Shown: positions 35,348 to 44,277 of the stretch, in pieces
How the letters are laid out: every line of letters begins with the position of its first letter
Position numbering within the stretch: the first letter of the stretch is position 1
Origin: a virus
Reading direction: 5' to 3' (one strand)
DNA length: 51,896 nt
IMG/VR virus record: IMGVR_UViG_3300035494_000021
Span: 1-51,896 of that record
The notes under the pieces: generated by a model
The model's input: the letters and a program-made list of their open reading frames with translations, nothing else
Told to the model about the DNA's origin: nothing
The model's database searches: none
Translations under genes and position numbers: made by a program

Positions 35348-36262
35348 TTAGCCTCTCATGCTAATGACTTCCTGCTTATGAGGATCAAACCAAGAGTTTT
35401 GAAACTCTTCAGATTTAAAGTGCCACAATTGGAACGAACCATCATCATTCAATCGGTTCGTCATAAACAAACAACGGCCATATTGAAGGAGCTTTTCTTC
35501 CCATGCGTCACCAAAGCGTTTCTTGTACTCATGCTGCACGATACCCATAAGTTTCGGATATGTGATCGCATGCTCAAGAAGTTCGTATGCTTTCACTGGG
35601 CCAATGCCTTCGCGAGCAACATATGCCTGACCTGCTTTCACACCAGACTTGTAGACTTTCTCAATCATCTCGCCACAGCCGATGATACCATCAGTCGGGT
35701 CGCCAATCAGAAGCTGGTAGCAGAAGAATCGGATACCGTTACCAGTGATCTTTGTCTTCGAGCCCTTCACCTCTTTGATCAGCTTACCCATGCCAGTCAC
35801 TTCGAAGATCTCTTCACCTTTGTGTTGAGTCTCCCAACGGTAATGCATACCACGGACTTGCGGGATATCTTTATCGATTGTAGCAATGATGGTTGTGCCA
35901 TCTGTTTTCTGGTTGATTGCTAGCAGGTCATCAGCTTCCAGACCTGGCTCCATTTCACCTTGGAACACAGTCATCACATGAGCTTTAGCATTAGCCAAGT
36001 TCTCAGGGATGTACGCACCTTTACGGTTCGCTTTGTATTCAGGCAAGACCACGTAACGGAAGTTGTCTTTCGAACTGAAGAAGATACGCACTTTACGTGC
36101 TTTCAGTCGCTTCTTCATTGCCATGATGCGGCCTTCGATGTTGTTCGCGATTTGGGCGAAATCATATTCTTCCGCCTCACGACCATATTCGATGGCTGCA
36201 CACGAACTGAACACCAGCAAGTCGCCGTCGATCAGTAGTTCTTCGTAATCATACTCAGCCAT
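35348..36262 (-). CDS. 5'-3' exonuclease / flap endonuclease (PIN-like FEN family)
   Basis: The N-terminal LLIDGDLLVFS and later acidic clusters (EADDLL, TIDKD) are typical of 53EXO/FEN enzymes. ATG at 36262 follows AGGTGA. Confidence 0.7.
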   Translation of the reverse strand: MAEYDYEELLIDGDLLVFSSCAAIEYGREAEEYDFAQIANNIEGRIMAMKKRLKARKVRIFFSSKDNFRYVVLPEYKANRKGAYIPENLANAKAHVMTVFQGEMEPGLEADDLLAINQKTDGTTIIATIDKDIPQVRGMHYRWETQHKGEEIFEVTGMGKLIKEVKGSKTKITGNGIRFFCYQLLIGDPTDGIIGCGEMIEKVYKSGVKAGQAYVAREGIGPVKAYELLEHAITYPKLMGIVQHEYKKRFGDAWEEKLLQYGRCLFMTNRLNDDGSFQLWHFKSEEFQNSWFDPHKQEVISMRG

Positions 36263-36455
36263 GGTTATCACCTGTGATGGTTACGTTGCCACAGAAGTGG
36301 CTACGAATGTTACCAAGGCTGTATGTTACGACGCCTTCTTTTGTTTCCAAGACTAGTCGCCAGTCATTCTCGATTACGACTTTGACTTCGTCCTCTGGAT
36401 AGAATACTGTCGAGCCATCGACATGTTGAATCAAGATACCTTTCGCTGTGCTCAT
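36255..36455 (-). CDS. Small hypothetical protein
   Basis: ATG at 36455 follows GGAG. 66 aa. Confidence 0.55.
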   Translation of the reverse strand: MSTAKGILIQHVDGSTVFYPEDEVKVVIENDWRLVLETKEGVVTYSLGNIRSHFCGNVTITGDNHG

Positions 36456-36468
36456 TGGACGGATCTCC

Positions 36469-37251
36469 TTATGCGAATGGATCGTCACCAGCTTCCGCTG
36501 TACCGCCAGCCATAGCTGATTCTGCTTCAGCATTTGCTGTGTCTAGGTCGTAGCCATCACCAGCTTCATCATCTTGGTCATGGTTGGCACCATGGTCCAT
36601 TACTTCTGGTTTGGTCAGGCCAAGAGCAAGAGCAAGCGCTTCGTTCTTAGTCCACAGCTCCAGACTAGCTTTGATCTTTTCTTGGTGAGAGTATTGACCG
36701 CCGCGCTTAGACTGCTTTTCGAACTCCTCTTTAGAAGGATTCTTAGACAGTGAGAATAGCCACATTTCGGAGATAGCTTTCTCATCAGCATACTTGGCCG
36801 CGTCTTTAGCACGCATTGTGCCGACACCAGTGATCTTGTTGTATTTCTTCGCAGCATCACCACGAGTAGCTTTCTCGATCAGGTTGATGTTACAAATCTT
36901 GCCAAGCAAATCAGCCAAAGGCATTTCAAAGCCTTCTAGCGCGTCCATTACTTTGTAGATGTTAGAGCGATCGCCCATGAAACCATCTGGGTTGTACGAC
37001 ACTTCGTAATCAAAGATACGTGGTTGATCAGTCAGCTCTTTGCCATCTTCACCTACCATGAATTCATCCAGACACTCGAAGACAAACGCCATCTTGTACT
37101 GTGGTTCAGGGTATTGTGCAGAGCCTGGTTGAAGACCTAAGTCTACCAAGCGAATCAGGCGCGCTGGATAACCGCCCGCCTCTAGTAGAGGTGCTTCCAT
37201 CTTTTGGCCGCCAGCATTGCCAGCGGATTGTTTCGTTGCTTGTTCAAACAT
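36469..37251 (-). CDS. Single-stranded DNA-binding protein candidate
   Basis: Lies between the DNA polymerase and exonuclease genes. The acidic C-terminal tail ends GDDPFA, resembling SSB / T7 gp2.5-type tails. Confidence 0.5.
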   Translation of the reverse strand: MFEQATKQSAGNAGGQKMEAPLLEAGGYPARLIRLVDLGLQPGSAQYPEPQYKMAFVFECLDEFMVGEDGKELTDQPRIFDYEVSYNPDGFMGDRSNIYKVMDALEGFEMPLADLLGKICNINLIEKATRGDAAKKYNKITGVGTMRAKDAAKYADEKAISEMWLFSLSKNPSKEEFEKQSKRGGQYSHQEKIKASLELWTKNEALALALGLTKPEVMDHGANHDQDDEAGDGYDLDTANAEAESAMAGGTAEAGDDPFA

Positions 37252-37269
37252 AGTTGTTTCCTATTGCTC

Positions 37270-39324
37270 TTAGTGGATTCCAGCGTAGTTGATGTCGAAT
37301 TGGATATCACATGCCATATCTCTACGCATTTTGATGTATGCATTGGTACGAGCCATTGCGGTTAACAATATCTCTTTCCACAGTGCTTCTGTACCGCTCT
37401 TGCATTGGATAATTACTTCATCGTGGAACTGACCGGATACTAGTGGTTCGCGGTTGTAGCGTTCACGACATACATGGTGAATCATCTCCACCCATGTATC
37501 GAATACCCAAGCACCTGTACCTTGACAGAGTGTTGAGAAACGGTCTTTCTCGTGCTTGAGGTAATACCAGAAGCCGTTGGCAGGGTTACGTTGCCATTTG
37601 ACACCGATAGCCTGTTTGACTTCCATTGATTCTGCGATTTCATTGATAGACCAGTTAAGATCCCAATAAGCATCGAACAGACGTTGTGCGATCGGCATCT
37701 CGATTTTCGCATCACGAGCAAGTCGTGGTGGTCGAGCGCCATACTGACAGCCGTAGTTGGTACGTTTGCCTAGTGCACGGATTGGTTTGATTTCTTTGAT
37801 GCGAGCCTTCTGCTCCTCGGTTGGAACTATGCGCTCTAGGTCTACATCAACATACAAATCATAATCAGCTTGAGTGATAAACGAGCCGAGTACTGCGATC
37901 GTCAAGTGCGGGTCAAAGCCTTCTGTCTGCTGAGATTTAACATACTCAGGGTCTAGTGGCATTTGATAGTGGTGCTTACAGCGGTCTTCTAGAGAAGATA
38001 AGTCACTTCCCAAAGAGACGTATCCATCTGGTGCGACAAGTAGAGAGCGCAGTTCTTTACCGCCCCAAACTCGATCGCTAGGAACGTTAACGATTTCGGC
38101 ATGTCGTAGACGTAGCGTGTTAGTAAATCCAGCAGCTCGTGCTTCGAGCCAACCATCTTTATGGTCTCTGAGCCATCCGTTGACAATTCCCAATCGATGC
38201 TTAACAATCGATAGTCCTTTGAGACGTTCCAGAGTTGGGTGTTCTTCGATGAGTCGCTCAACACCAGGGTCAAGTTCGCCACCTGAGTTTTTGACGTTAA
38301 TCTGTGGAATTGCTCGCTCAGAGCCATCATCATTCCGTTTATACTCGAATGTCTCTGGAACCCATCCCAGACTGAACAACCACGATTTAAGCTGCTGAGG
38401 AGAGTTTGGATTTCCGAGGGCGTTGCCATCATGATATAGGTATCCTTCTGGGTCAGCATCATCGAAGTCTACATCATAATTCAAGCAGAACATAGCCCAC
38501 TTGATTCCTAATGATGGTTTGCCTGTACGGGTATCTACCCATGTACCAGACAATTGGCCATTCATCTTGAACGGCTTCTTCGGACGACGGATTTCTTTGA
38601 ACTCAGGCACTAGTGGCATTACTTCAATCAGAGCTTCAGTTCGCTCTTCTTTCGTCTTTGTCCACTCTGCTGAGTACTCTTGCGCTTTAGGAACATCAAG
38701 TTTCCACTTGGTTTCTTGTGCATTGCGTAGATGACGGCCTTTCATATTTAAATGAGCAATCATCTTCTTCGCCATCTCTTCATTATCATCATAAAGATCA
38801 AGCATACGTTTCCACAAACGTTCCCACAGCTTCTTCTGAATACGACAGTCTTGCATTACGCGTCGACCATACTCAGACATACTCAGACCAACCCAGTCTT
38901 CGATTGGTGGTTTAGGTACACCGAACATTTCGCCATAGTCCGCAAGACCGTAGCGGTGACGTTCAGGTTCCAAATACCATGCCATATACAGAGTATCGAT
39001 GATGTAGCACTCAGCTAATTCGAATCCGAAATACTTGGCAAGGGCGACACCATCATATGTTAGGCCGTTATGCATTACCAAGTTCCAGCCCTGATTCAGC
39101 CACTCTTGTAGGTCAGAGATTGGGCGGATATCTTTACAGACTTTGGAATCGACTGTGTTGTGCGCAGTTGAGAATAGTATCTCTGTACCATCCTCAAACT
39201 TTGCGCCGAAGTTGTGCAGCTGGCGGTCATCACCTTGGCGCTCTAGGTCATGCAGAAGACCAGTAGTCTCAATATCCGCAAAAACCAGCGGCGCGTCCAG
39301 TGGCATTAGGTAGAAGTTTTCCAT
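37270..39324 (-). CDS. Family A DNA polymerase with 3'-5' exonuclease domain
   Basis: FADIETTGL (Exo I), HNGLTYD (Exo II), SLGSDLSSLEDR (motif A), RALGKRTNYGCQYG (motif B) and SGQFHDEVII (motif C). Confidence 0.9.
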   Translation of the reverse strand: MENFYLMPLDAPLVFADIETTGLLHDLERQGDDRQLHNFGAKFEDGTEILFSTAHNTVDSKVCKDIRPISDLQEWLNQGWNLVMHNGLTYDGVALAKYFGFELAECYIIDTLYMAWYLEPERHRYGLADYGEMFGVPKPPIEDWVGLSMSEYGRRVMQDCRIQKKLWERLWKRMLDLYDDNEEMAKKMIAHLNMKGRHLRNAQETKWKLDVPKAQEYSAEWTKTKEERTEALIEVMPLVPEFKEIRRPKKPFKMNGQLSGTWVDTRTGKPSLGIKWAMFCLNYDVDFDDADPEGYLYHDGNALGNPNSPQQLKSWLFSLGWVPETFEYKRNDDGSERAIPQINVKNSGGELDPGVERLIEEHPTLERLKGLSIVKHRLGIVNGWLRDHKDGWLEARAAGFTNTLRLRHAEIVNVPSDRVWGGKELRSLLVAPDGYVSLGSDLSSLEDRCKHHYQMPLDPEYVKSQQTEGFDPHLTIAVLGSFITQADYDLYVDVDLERIVPTEEQKARIKEIKPIRALGKRTNYGCQYGARPPRLARDAKIEMPIAQRLFDAYWDLNWSINEIAESMEVKQAIGVKWQRNPANGFWYYLKHEKDRFSTLCQGTGAWVFDTWVEMIHHVCRERYNREPLVSGQFHDEVIIQCKSGTEALWKEILLTAMARTNAYIKMRRDMACDIQFDINYAGIH

Positions 39325-39539
39325 TAGTAATTACTTCTCCCGCCAGTGTTTCTGCTAGATAGCGCATGCGCAGCTTTCCACGCACGTAGCTCTTTCAGAA
39401 CTGCACGTTGCAGATTGGCTAGTTCACGGTTAGTCAACTTGCCGCTCTTATTCTTTTCTTTTAACTGTTCAAATCGAAAGTGTATGGCTTCAGCTTCACT
39501 ATCCACACGCTGTGCGATTTGGTGATTGGTTAGACTCAT
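39324..39539 (-). CDS. Small hypothetical protein
   Basis: 71-aa helical, basic ORF. Its stop overlaps the polymerase start. Confidence 0.6.
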   Translation of the reverse strand: MSLTNHQIAQRVDSEAEAIHFRFEQLKEKNKSGKLTNRELANLQRAVLKELRAWKAAHALSSRNTGGRSNY

Positions 39540-39540
39540 A

Positions 39541-39756
39541 CTACACCTTCTTAAAGAACATGCCTTTCATAGCGACATCAGTACCATCAACAGTTTCACC
39601 TGCCAGCAGCTTCTTCTTCGCATCAAAGACTTTGTATGGGCGCGTAAGATTACGCTTAAGAGCTACTTCATAGAATTGCTCTGAGGAAATAATCGTTTTC
39701 GACATATCAGGCTTGGTAAGCTCGATGTCAAAGCGATTGATTGTTTTCGTCTGCAT
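39541..39756 (-). CDS. Small hypothetical protein
   Basis: 71-aa ORF. Confidence 0.6.
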   Translation of the reverse strand: MQTKTINRFDIELTKPDMSKTIISSEQFYEVALKRNLTRPYKVFDAKKKLLAGETVDGTDVAMKGMFFKKV

Positions 39757-39764
39757 GGCTACTC

Positions 39765-40274
39765 CTAATATGTAATGATTCGAAAACGATCGTCGAGGAT
39801 GCCTTCAAGGACAGGTTTAACATCTGCCCAATCTAGTTCACCCGCTCCACAACCTGGACGCGGAATAACTACACGAGTCCAGCCAAATTTATTTGCCATC
39901 TCCACAAGTTGTAATGCGGACTTTTCGATAGTGTCAAGGTCTGCAATCGCATGAAATCCCGGCACTACGTTACCAGCTACGTATTTAGCAGCTGCATGGC
40001 TAACAACATTTGTACCATCATTGATCACTGATACAGGTTTTACAGGGAATGATACCACACGATACTGTGGAGTCTTTCCAACAATCATTGGGCGGTTTCC
40101 GTATTTGCGGATTAGGCCACCAAGTTGGCGACGTAGTCCCGGCCAACGCTCAGCAGCTGCTTTCGCACAGCCCATACCCATTACAGCTTCGCCACGAGTG
40201 GTGACAAAGCCGTTTGTTGTGATGCAGATAACATCCGCATGACAATCAAATAAATTTCCACGTATCTCTTTCAT
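39765..40274 (-). CDS. Macrodomain protein (ADP-ribose binding/hydrolase fold)
   Basis: GNLFDCHADVICITTNG ... AVMGMGCAKAAAERWP ... IPRPGCGAGELDW follows the macro-domain motif order. Confidence 0.65.
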   Translation of the reverse strand: MKEIRGNLFDCHADVICITTNGFVTTRGEAVMGMGCAKAAAERWPGLRRQLGGLIRKYGNRPMIVGKTPQYRVVSFPVKPVSVINDGTNVVSHAAAKYVAGNVVPGFHAIADLDTIEKSALQLVEMANKFGWTRVVIPRPGCGAGELDWADVKPVLEGILDDRFRIITY

Positions 40275-40656
40275 AGTTGAATTTCTCCAGCATAATTGAA
40301 GACACGAAAGGCTTCTTCAGCTTGACCATATAGCCAATCATGTGGCGCGTCCCTGGAGAACCCTCCCAGAAAGCAACCAATGCATCTGCATAATTACCCA
40401 TTTCTTCATTACGTAGGTATCCAGCACGCTTGCCATATCTATCCCAATCGGCACGCATACTAATTACTTGGTGTCCACGAGTGTTTGCCCACAGTTTGCC
40501 AAAAGCGTCTCCACCTCTCGCTTCGCCACAGACAACTTCAATCACAAAACCTTCTGCCATCTTACGGGATACTAGATTGTCTAGAATCTCCCATGAGCGT
40601 TGGTTTGGAACGAAGTCGCGACCACCAGCCACGATAACTTTAAATGTCTTCTTCAT
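40246..40656 (-). CDS. SLOG-superfamily protein (DUF2493-like)
   Basis: KVIVAGGRDF ... VVCGEARGGDAFGKLWA ... ADWDRYGKRAGYLRNEEM ... AFWEGSPGTRHMI matches the DUF2493 pattern as I recall it. ATG at 40656. Confidence 0.65.
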   Translation of the reverse strand: MKKTFKVIVAGGRDFVPNQRSWEILDNLVSRKMAEGFVIEVVCGEARGGDAFGKLWANTRGHQVISMRADWDRYGKRAGYLRNEEMGNYADALVAFWEGSPGTRHMIGYMVKLKKPFVSSIMLEKFNYERDTWKFI

Positions 40657-40842
40657 ATCAGTTTCTCTTCTCTGAATTGTTGAGTACATATTTGTACAGG
40701 GATCTGGCACGTTACCACCAGCTTGTTATGCCTCCACGCCAAAGCAATGCACAATGAGTTCCACGTATCAACGCTCGTCTCGTCGGCTTCTTTGACTCGG
40801 CAGTGCGAACTCTTCGTCTAATCCCTGTCAGATATAGACTCG

Positions 40843-40880
40843 AAAAAATAGCCCTTACTCGTAATAAGTAAGGGCTTTTA
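40843..40880 (-). terminator. Strong bidirectional rho-independent terminator
   Basis: Perfect 10-bp stem: AGCCCTTACT (40850-40859) pairs with AGTAAGGGCT (40867-40876), 7-nt loop. The minus strand follows it with ATTTTTT, the plus strand with TTTTATT. Confidence 0.8.
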
Positions 40881-40999
40881 TTACCAGCATTTGAACAGCG
40901 CTTAGTGCCAACTGGAGCTATCGTTCTCAAGCTTTTCGTCCTTCAGTATCGAGTCTGGAGTAGAGAATCTGCAGTTCCTCTAGTCTACCGTGACGACTT

Positions 41000-41013
41000 A
41001 AAAGTATACTTTT
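41000..41013. repeat. Perfect 14-bp palindrome AAAAGTATACTTTT
   Basis: Read directly. The core AAGTATACTT recurs at 41106-41115. Confidence 0.7.
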
Positions 41014-41103
41014 TTGTGTAACGCCCTCTGCATCTCTGATAAGTACCAGAGTTCATAGCATTCCCACGAGACCTTGGGATAGGTAGCCGTCGCTGACGAA
41101 ACC

Positions 41104-41117
41104 AAAAGTATACTTAA
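41104..41117. repeat. Second copy of the AAGTATACTT palindrome
   Basis: AAAAGTATACTTAA. The two cores are 104 bp apart centre to centre. Confidence 0.7.
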
Positions 41118-41202
41118 GAAAGGACGGGCAGTTGTGCATCATCCTCATCGCCCAACGGTAGGTCGGGTAATAGAAGGGAGAGGCTGTCCCGTCGTTTATT
41201 GC

Positions 41203-41397
41203 TTATCTGCCACCACGAGTATCTACCACATCGATTGATGCGAGTAGTGTCATGGCCAATTGGTACGCCTGATGATTATCCAGCATGATTGACGCACTTT
41301 TATCATCATCGACATTATCAATCCAGATTAATGGATTGCCATTGTGCGTCTCTGGATCAACAGAGATTGTACCATTTGGTGTCTTGAAGGTCTTCAT
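41203..41397 (-). CDS. Small hypothetical protein
   Basis: 64-aa ORF. GGAG lies 6 nt upstream of the ATG. Confidence 0.6.
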   Translation of the reverse strand: MKTFKTPNGTISVDPETHNGNPLIWIDNVDDDKSASIMLDNHQAYQLAMTLLASIDVVDTRGGR

Positions 41398-41456
41398 GAG
41401 TTCTCCATATGACTAAATTTGTTGGCTTTTGATGCCCAGAGCCGCAACTGGGTTTT

Positions 41457-41468
41457 GATCACCTCCTT
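41457..41468 (-). promoter_or_regulatory. Orphan 12-nt perfect Shine-Dalgarno (AAGGAGGTGATC on the minus strand)
   Basis: The plus strand reads GATCACCTCCTT, identical to the E. coli-type 16S rRNA 3' tail. No ATG or GTG lies at normal spacing. A CCCAG/CTGGG hairpin (41435-41452) follows on the transcript. Confidence 0.3.
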
Positions 41469-41579
41469 CGAGGAAATCGTGCTATTTGGCCAGCCTCAAC
41501 ACTACCAGCCCTGCCACGCCTACCGATGCATCAGTCCGTGTTTAATCTCTCTATAGCTAGAGCACCCTTGTCGGGAGTA

Positions 41580-43289
41580 TTACGTAGACTTACCGACTTG
41601 CTTATCTTTGTACAAATCGTCTTCCCAGTTCTTCTGTTGAAGTCTGCCCGTACGTTGGGTATAATAGGTCTTAATGTAACCTGTCTTACCATACTTACGG
41701 TTCTTCAGCACTCGGAATAGAGAGCAATCTGGATCAACAGCCATCTTATTACGCTCAAAGCCAAACATCATGTGCGAGTAACGTTGTAATGCACGAGAGC
41801 CTGTGAATTGAGACTCAAGCACTTTACCACCATTTTCGTGAGACTTTTGTCCTTTAGGTGGAGCGTTTAAGTGGCTAAAGATAATCGCGGTGAAGTCAAA
41901 TTTTACAGCAAGCTTAGAGAACTCATCAGCAACTTTGCCGATAAATTCGTTGCGCTCAGAGGTGTTTAAACCTTCCGACAATGTTGTTGCGTTATCAATC
42001 ATCACTCGGTCAAACAAATGACCTTGTGCACGAATAACGCTTTTTATCTGAGACCAAGTGGTTTCAGGGTCTTCGATTGTAGTAATATCCCAGACTGTAA
42101 TATAGTCTGAGAGGAATTCCACAGTGGTGCGTAGCTGGTCTTTGTTGTACGGCTCTTGTCCATCCTCAAGAGGGACGTGATACGGTACGTTGTCCAGCTT
42201 ACCTGCAACAGACTTAAACGTCTCTGCACCTGTTTCTTCCATCATAATCATTAGCGTTCGCTTCTGATTATACTTAGCATCATGAGCAGCTAACTCATGA
42301 CCTAGTAGTGTTTTACCACAACCAGTACCGCCACCGATTGACCACAATTCCTTTGTGCGGATACCATAGGTGATCTTGTTTATGCCTGACCATGGAGTAG
42401 GGTCGCCCCACTCAGGATCGGACAAGATATCATCCATGATATCGGATGCGCAAAGGGTGTTAGTTGATTTGGGCTTAGCGGCCTGGAATACGCAGGCATC
42501 TCGAGTTGCTTTGAGTCGCCCTGCCTGAAGACACAGGTTTGCGTCTTTCTCAGGAAGGATAGCGACTTGCGCATCTGGCAAGATTTTACGCGTTTCTTTC
42601 GCTGCATCACGCCCCGCTTGGTCGTCGTCATAAACTAGTACCACCTGCTTGAATCGGGATTGTATCTCTCCGGCCATACGTCCAATAGCCATTGCTACTG
42701 AGTTTACACCAGCAGGCAATGAGACAACTGCATAATCATAATGAGCTGCAGTGGACATCATACGGAGAATTTTGCGTAACGCAATAGCGTCTTCCTCACC
42801 CTCAGTGATGAATAGTGTTCCACCACTTACGCGTTTGGCACGCTCCCAACCATACAGGTCGGCACCCTTCACATCACCAACGTTCCACATGACTTTGGTG
42901 TGCAAGAGTTTGATCTTGTAACCAGTAATTACACCACCCTTAGTGTACGGGTGGGCTAATGCATATGGAGTCTTGCCATCATACTCAGAGAATATTAGAC
43001 GCACACCAAAGTGCTTCCAGTCTTCTGGGTCGATGCTACGATGTTTCACGGCGAATGGTGGACATTCACGAATTTCATCAACTTCTGCTTGGATTTCTTC
43101 AGGAGTCTTGCGGTGGATCTCTCCCGGTTTTGGAGGATTGTCACCGTAAGGGTTCTTGTCGACATGCTTACAGCAGAAGCAAAATCCACTAAACGAATCA
43201 TCATCGTTCAGAAAGATTTGAAAGGATTTGGATTGGCTTTTACACTTTGGTTGCGTACATTTACGACGCTCTACACATTGTCCAGCCAT
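41580..43289 (-). CDS. Bifunctional primase-helicase (T7 gp4-like)
   Basis: N-terminal Cys-rich zinc motif (CTQPKC...CFCCKH), TOPRIM motifs FITEGEEDAIAL and VYDDDQAGRDAA, and a DnaB-type Walker A GGGTGCGKT. Confidence 0.9.
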   Translation of the reverse strand: MAGQCVERRKCTQPKCKSQSKSFQIFLNDDDSFSGFCFCCKHVDKNPYGDNPPKPGEIHRKTPEEIQAEVDEIRECPPFAVKHRSIDPEDWKHFGVRLIFSEYDGKTPYALAHPYTKGGVITGYKIKLLHTKVMWNVGDVKGADLYGWERAKRVSGGTLFITEGEEDAIALRKILRMMSTAAHYDYAVVSLPAGVNSVAMAIGRMAGEIQSRFKQVVLVYDDDQAGRDAAKETRKILPDAQVAILPEKDANLCLQAGRLKATRDACVFQAAKPKSTNTLCASDIMDDILSDPEWGDPTPWSGINKITYGIRTKELWSIGGGTGCGKTLLGHELAAHDAKYNQKRTLMIMMEETGAETFKSVAGKLDNVPYHVPLEDGQEPYNKDQLRTTVEFLSDYITVWDITTIEDPETTWSQIKSVIRAQGHLFDRVMIDNATTLSEGLNTSERNEFIGKVADEFSKLAVKFDFTAIIFSHLNAPPKGQKSHENGGKVLESQFTGSRALQRYSHMMFGFERNKMAVDPDCSLFRVLKNRKYGKTGYIKTYYTQRTGRLQQKNWEDDLYKDKQVGKST

Positions 43290-43296
43290 GCATCAC

Positions 43297-43713
43297 CTAC
43301 TTCGTTTCGGTGTCGATTGCTTCTTTTGTAGTTGCCATTTCCGCAGAGGCTTCTTGAACTAGAGCCATCTTTTGGTTGTAGCTTTCCATAGCGGTTGGAG
43401 ACTTGTATTTAAAAGTCTCAGCATGGTCTAAAAGACTGATGCCATTCACAGCCATGATACCGCGTACGGTACGGCCAAGTTCCCAGAATACTGAGTTTTG
43501 CAGCGCCATGTATTTGCGAGTCAGTTCAGCTGTAATTGCAGCAGCTTGAATTGGATCTTGCACATTATCACGGACAACTTGCAACATGGCTTCAAAGCCT
43601 TCATCAGGGCTTTCTGCTTTCGGGAATAGGTCGATCACAGATTGATCAAGAACTACCAATGCATCAGATAGTGATAACATTGCAGCCTTGTTAGTACAGG
43701 TTGCTTTACACAT
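43297..43713 (-). CDS. Hypothetical protein
   Basis: ATG at 43713 follows GGAGAG. 138 aa. Confidence 0.6.
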   Translation of the reverse strand: MCKATCTNKAAMLSLSDALVVLDQSVIDLFPKAESPDEGFEAMLQVVRDNVQDPIQAAAITAELTRKYMALQNSVFWELGRTVRGIMAVNGISLLDHAETFKYKSPTAMESYNQKMALVQEASAEMATTKEAIDTETK

Positions 43714-43808
43714 GGTTTCTCTCCGGTTAATTGATAAACACAGTGAAACGCCCTCATCACAAGGGCGTTTGCTTTGCTCACCTATAACAGGTTTGCGCAC
43801 CGGACCGA

Positions 43809-44234
43809 TTAAGCGAATAGATCAGCTGACGCTTCAGCGTCTTCTGCTACTGGCTCTTCAGTTTTGGCTTCAGTCTTCTCATTCTTCTTCGCAGCTTTCT
43901 CAGCTTCTTTAGCCGCTTCAGCGTCAAGACGTGCTTGCAGTGCTTCAGATGGCTTGATCGCTGCGAATTGCTCTAGCGCTTCTTCGTTCACCAGACCTTG
44001 AGCGATCATGAATGAAACAGTTGCAGCTGCAACGTTGCTGTTGAATGCACGAGTACGGCCAACAAGACCTACTTCTTTGCTACCTGGCGCAGATGTTACG
44101 TTAACGAAAGATGATGCTACTGCTTCAACAACTTCAGCGTTGTCCAGAGCGGTTTGGTGGCTTAGTGCCGCTGCTTCGTCTTCGAATTGTTTGCCGTCAG
44201 TAGTTACGAATACTTGTAGAGATTTAAGTGACAT
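43809..44234 (-). CDS. Hypothetical protein with Lys/Glu/Ala-rich acidic C-terminal tail (...ADLFA)
   Basis: 141-aa ORF. Confidence 0.6.
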   Translation of the reverse strand: MSLKSLQVFVTTDGKQFEDEAAALSHQTALDNAEVVEAVASSFVNVTSAPGSKEVGLVGRTRAFNSNVAAATVSFMIAQGLVNEEALEQFAAIKPSEALQARLDAEAAKEAEKAAKKNEKTEAKTEEPVAEDAEASADLFA

Positions 44235-44277
44235 AGTCTTTTCCTATAGAAATTAGGTTCTCTTAGAACCATAGAGT

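Noticed and set aside
40801-40827. Possible extra degenerate copy of the promoter-like motif (AGGGATT-N11-TTCGCACTG on the minus strand)
   Set aside because: It lacks both AGGGCTC and CTAG, and the spacing does not match the family.
40712-40930. 72-aa minus-strand ORF in the non-coding island
   Set aside because: It runs through both arms of the perfect 10-bp terminator stem (40850-40876), has no RBS, and is Arg-rich low-complexity sequence.
40931-41202. tRNA or other known RNA gene in the non-coding island
   Set aside because: I could not find a T-loop (GTTCRANYC) or a cloverleaf on either strand. The region may still encode a novel RNA (see findings).
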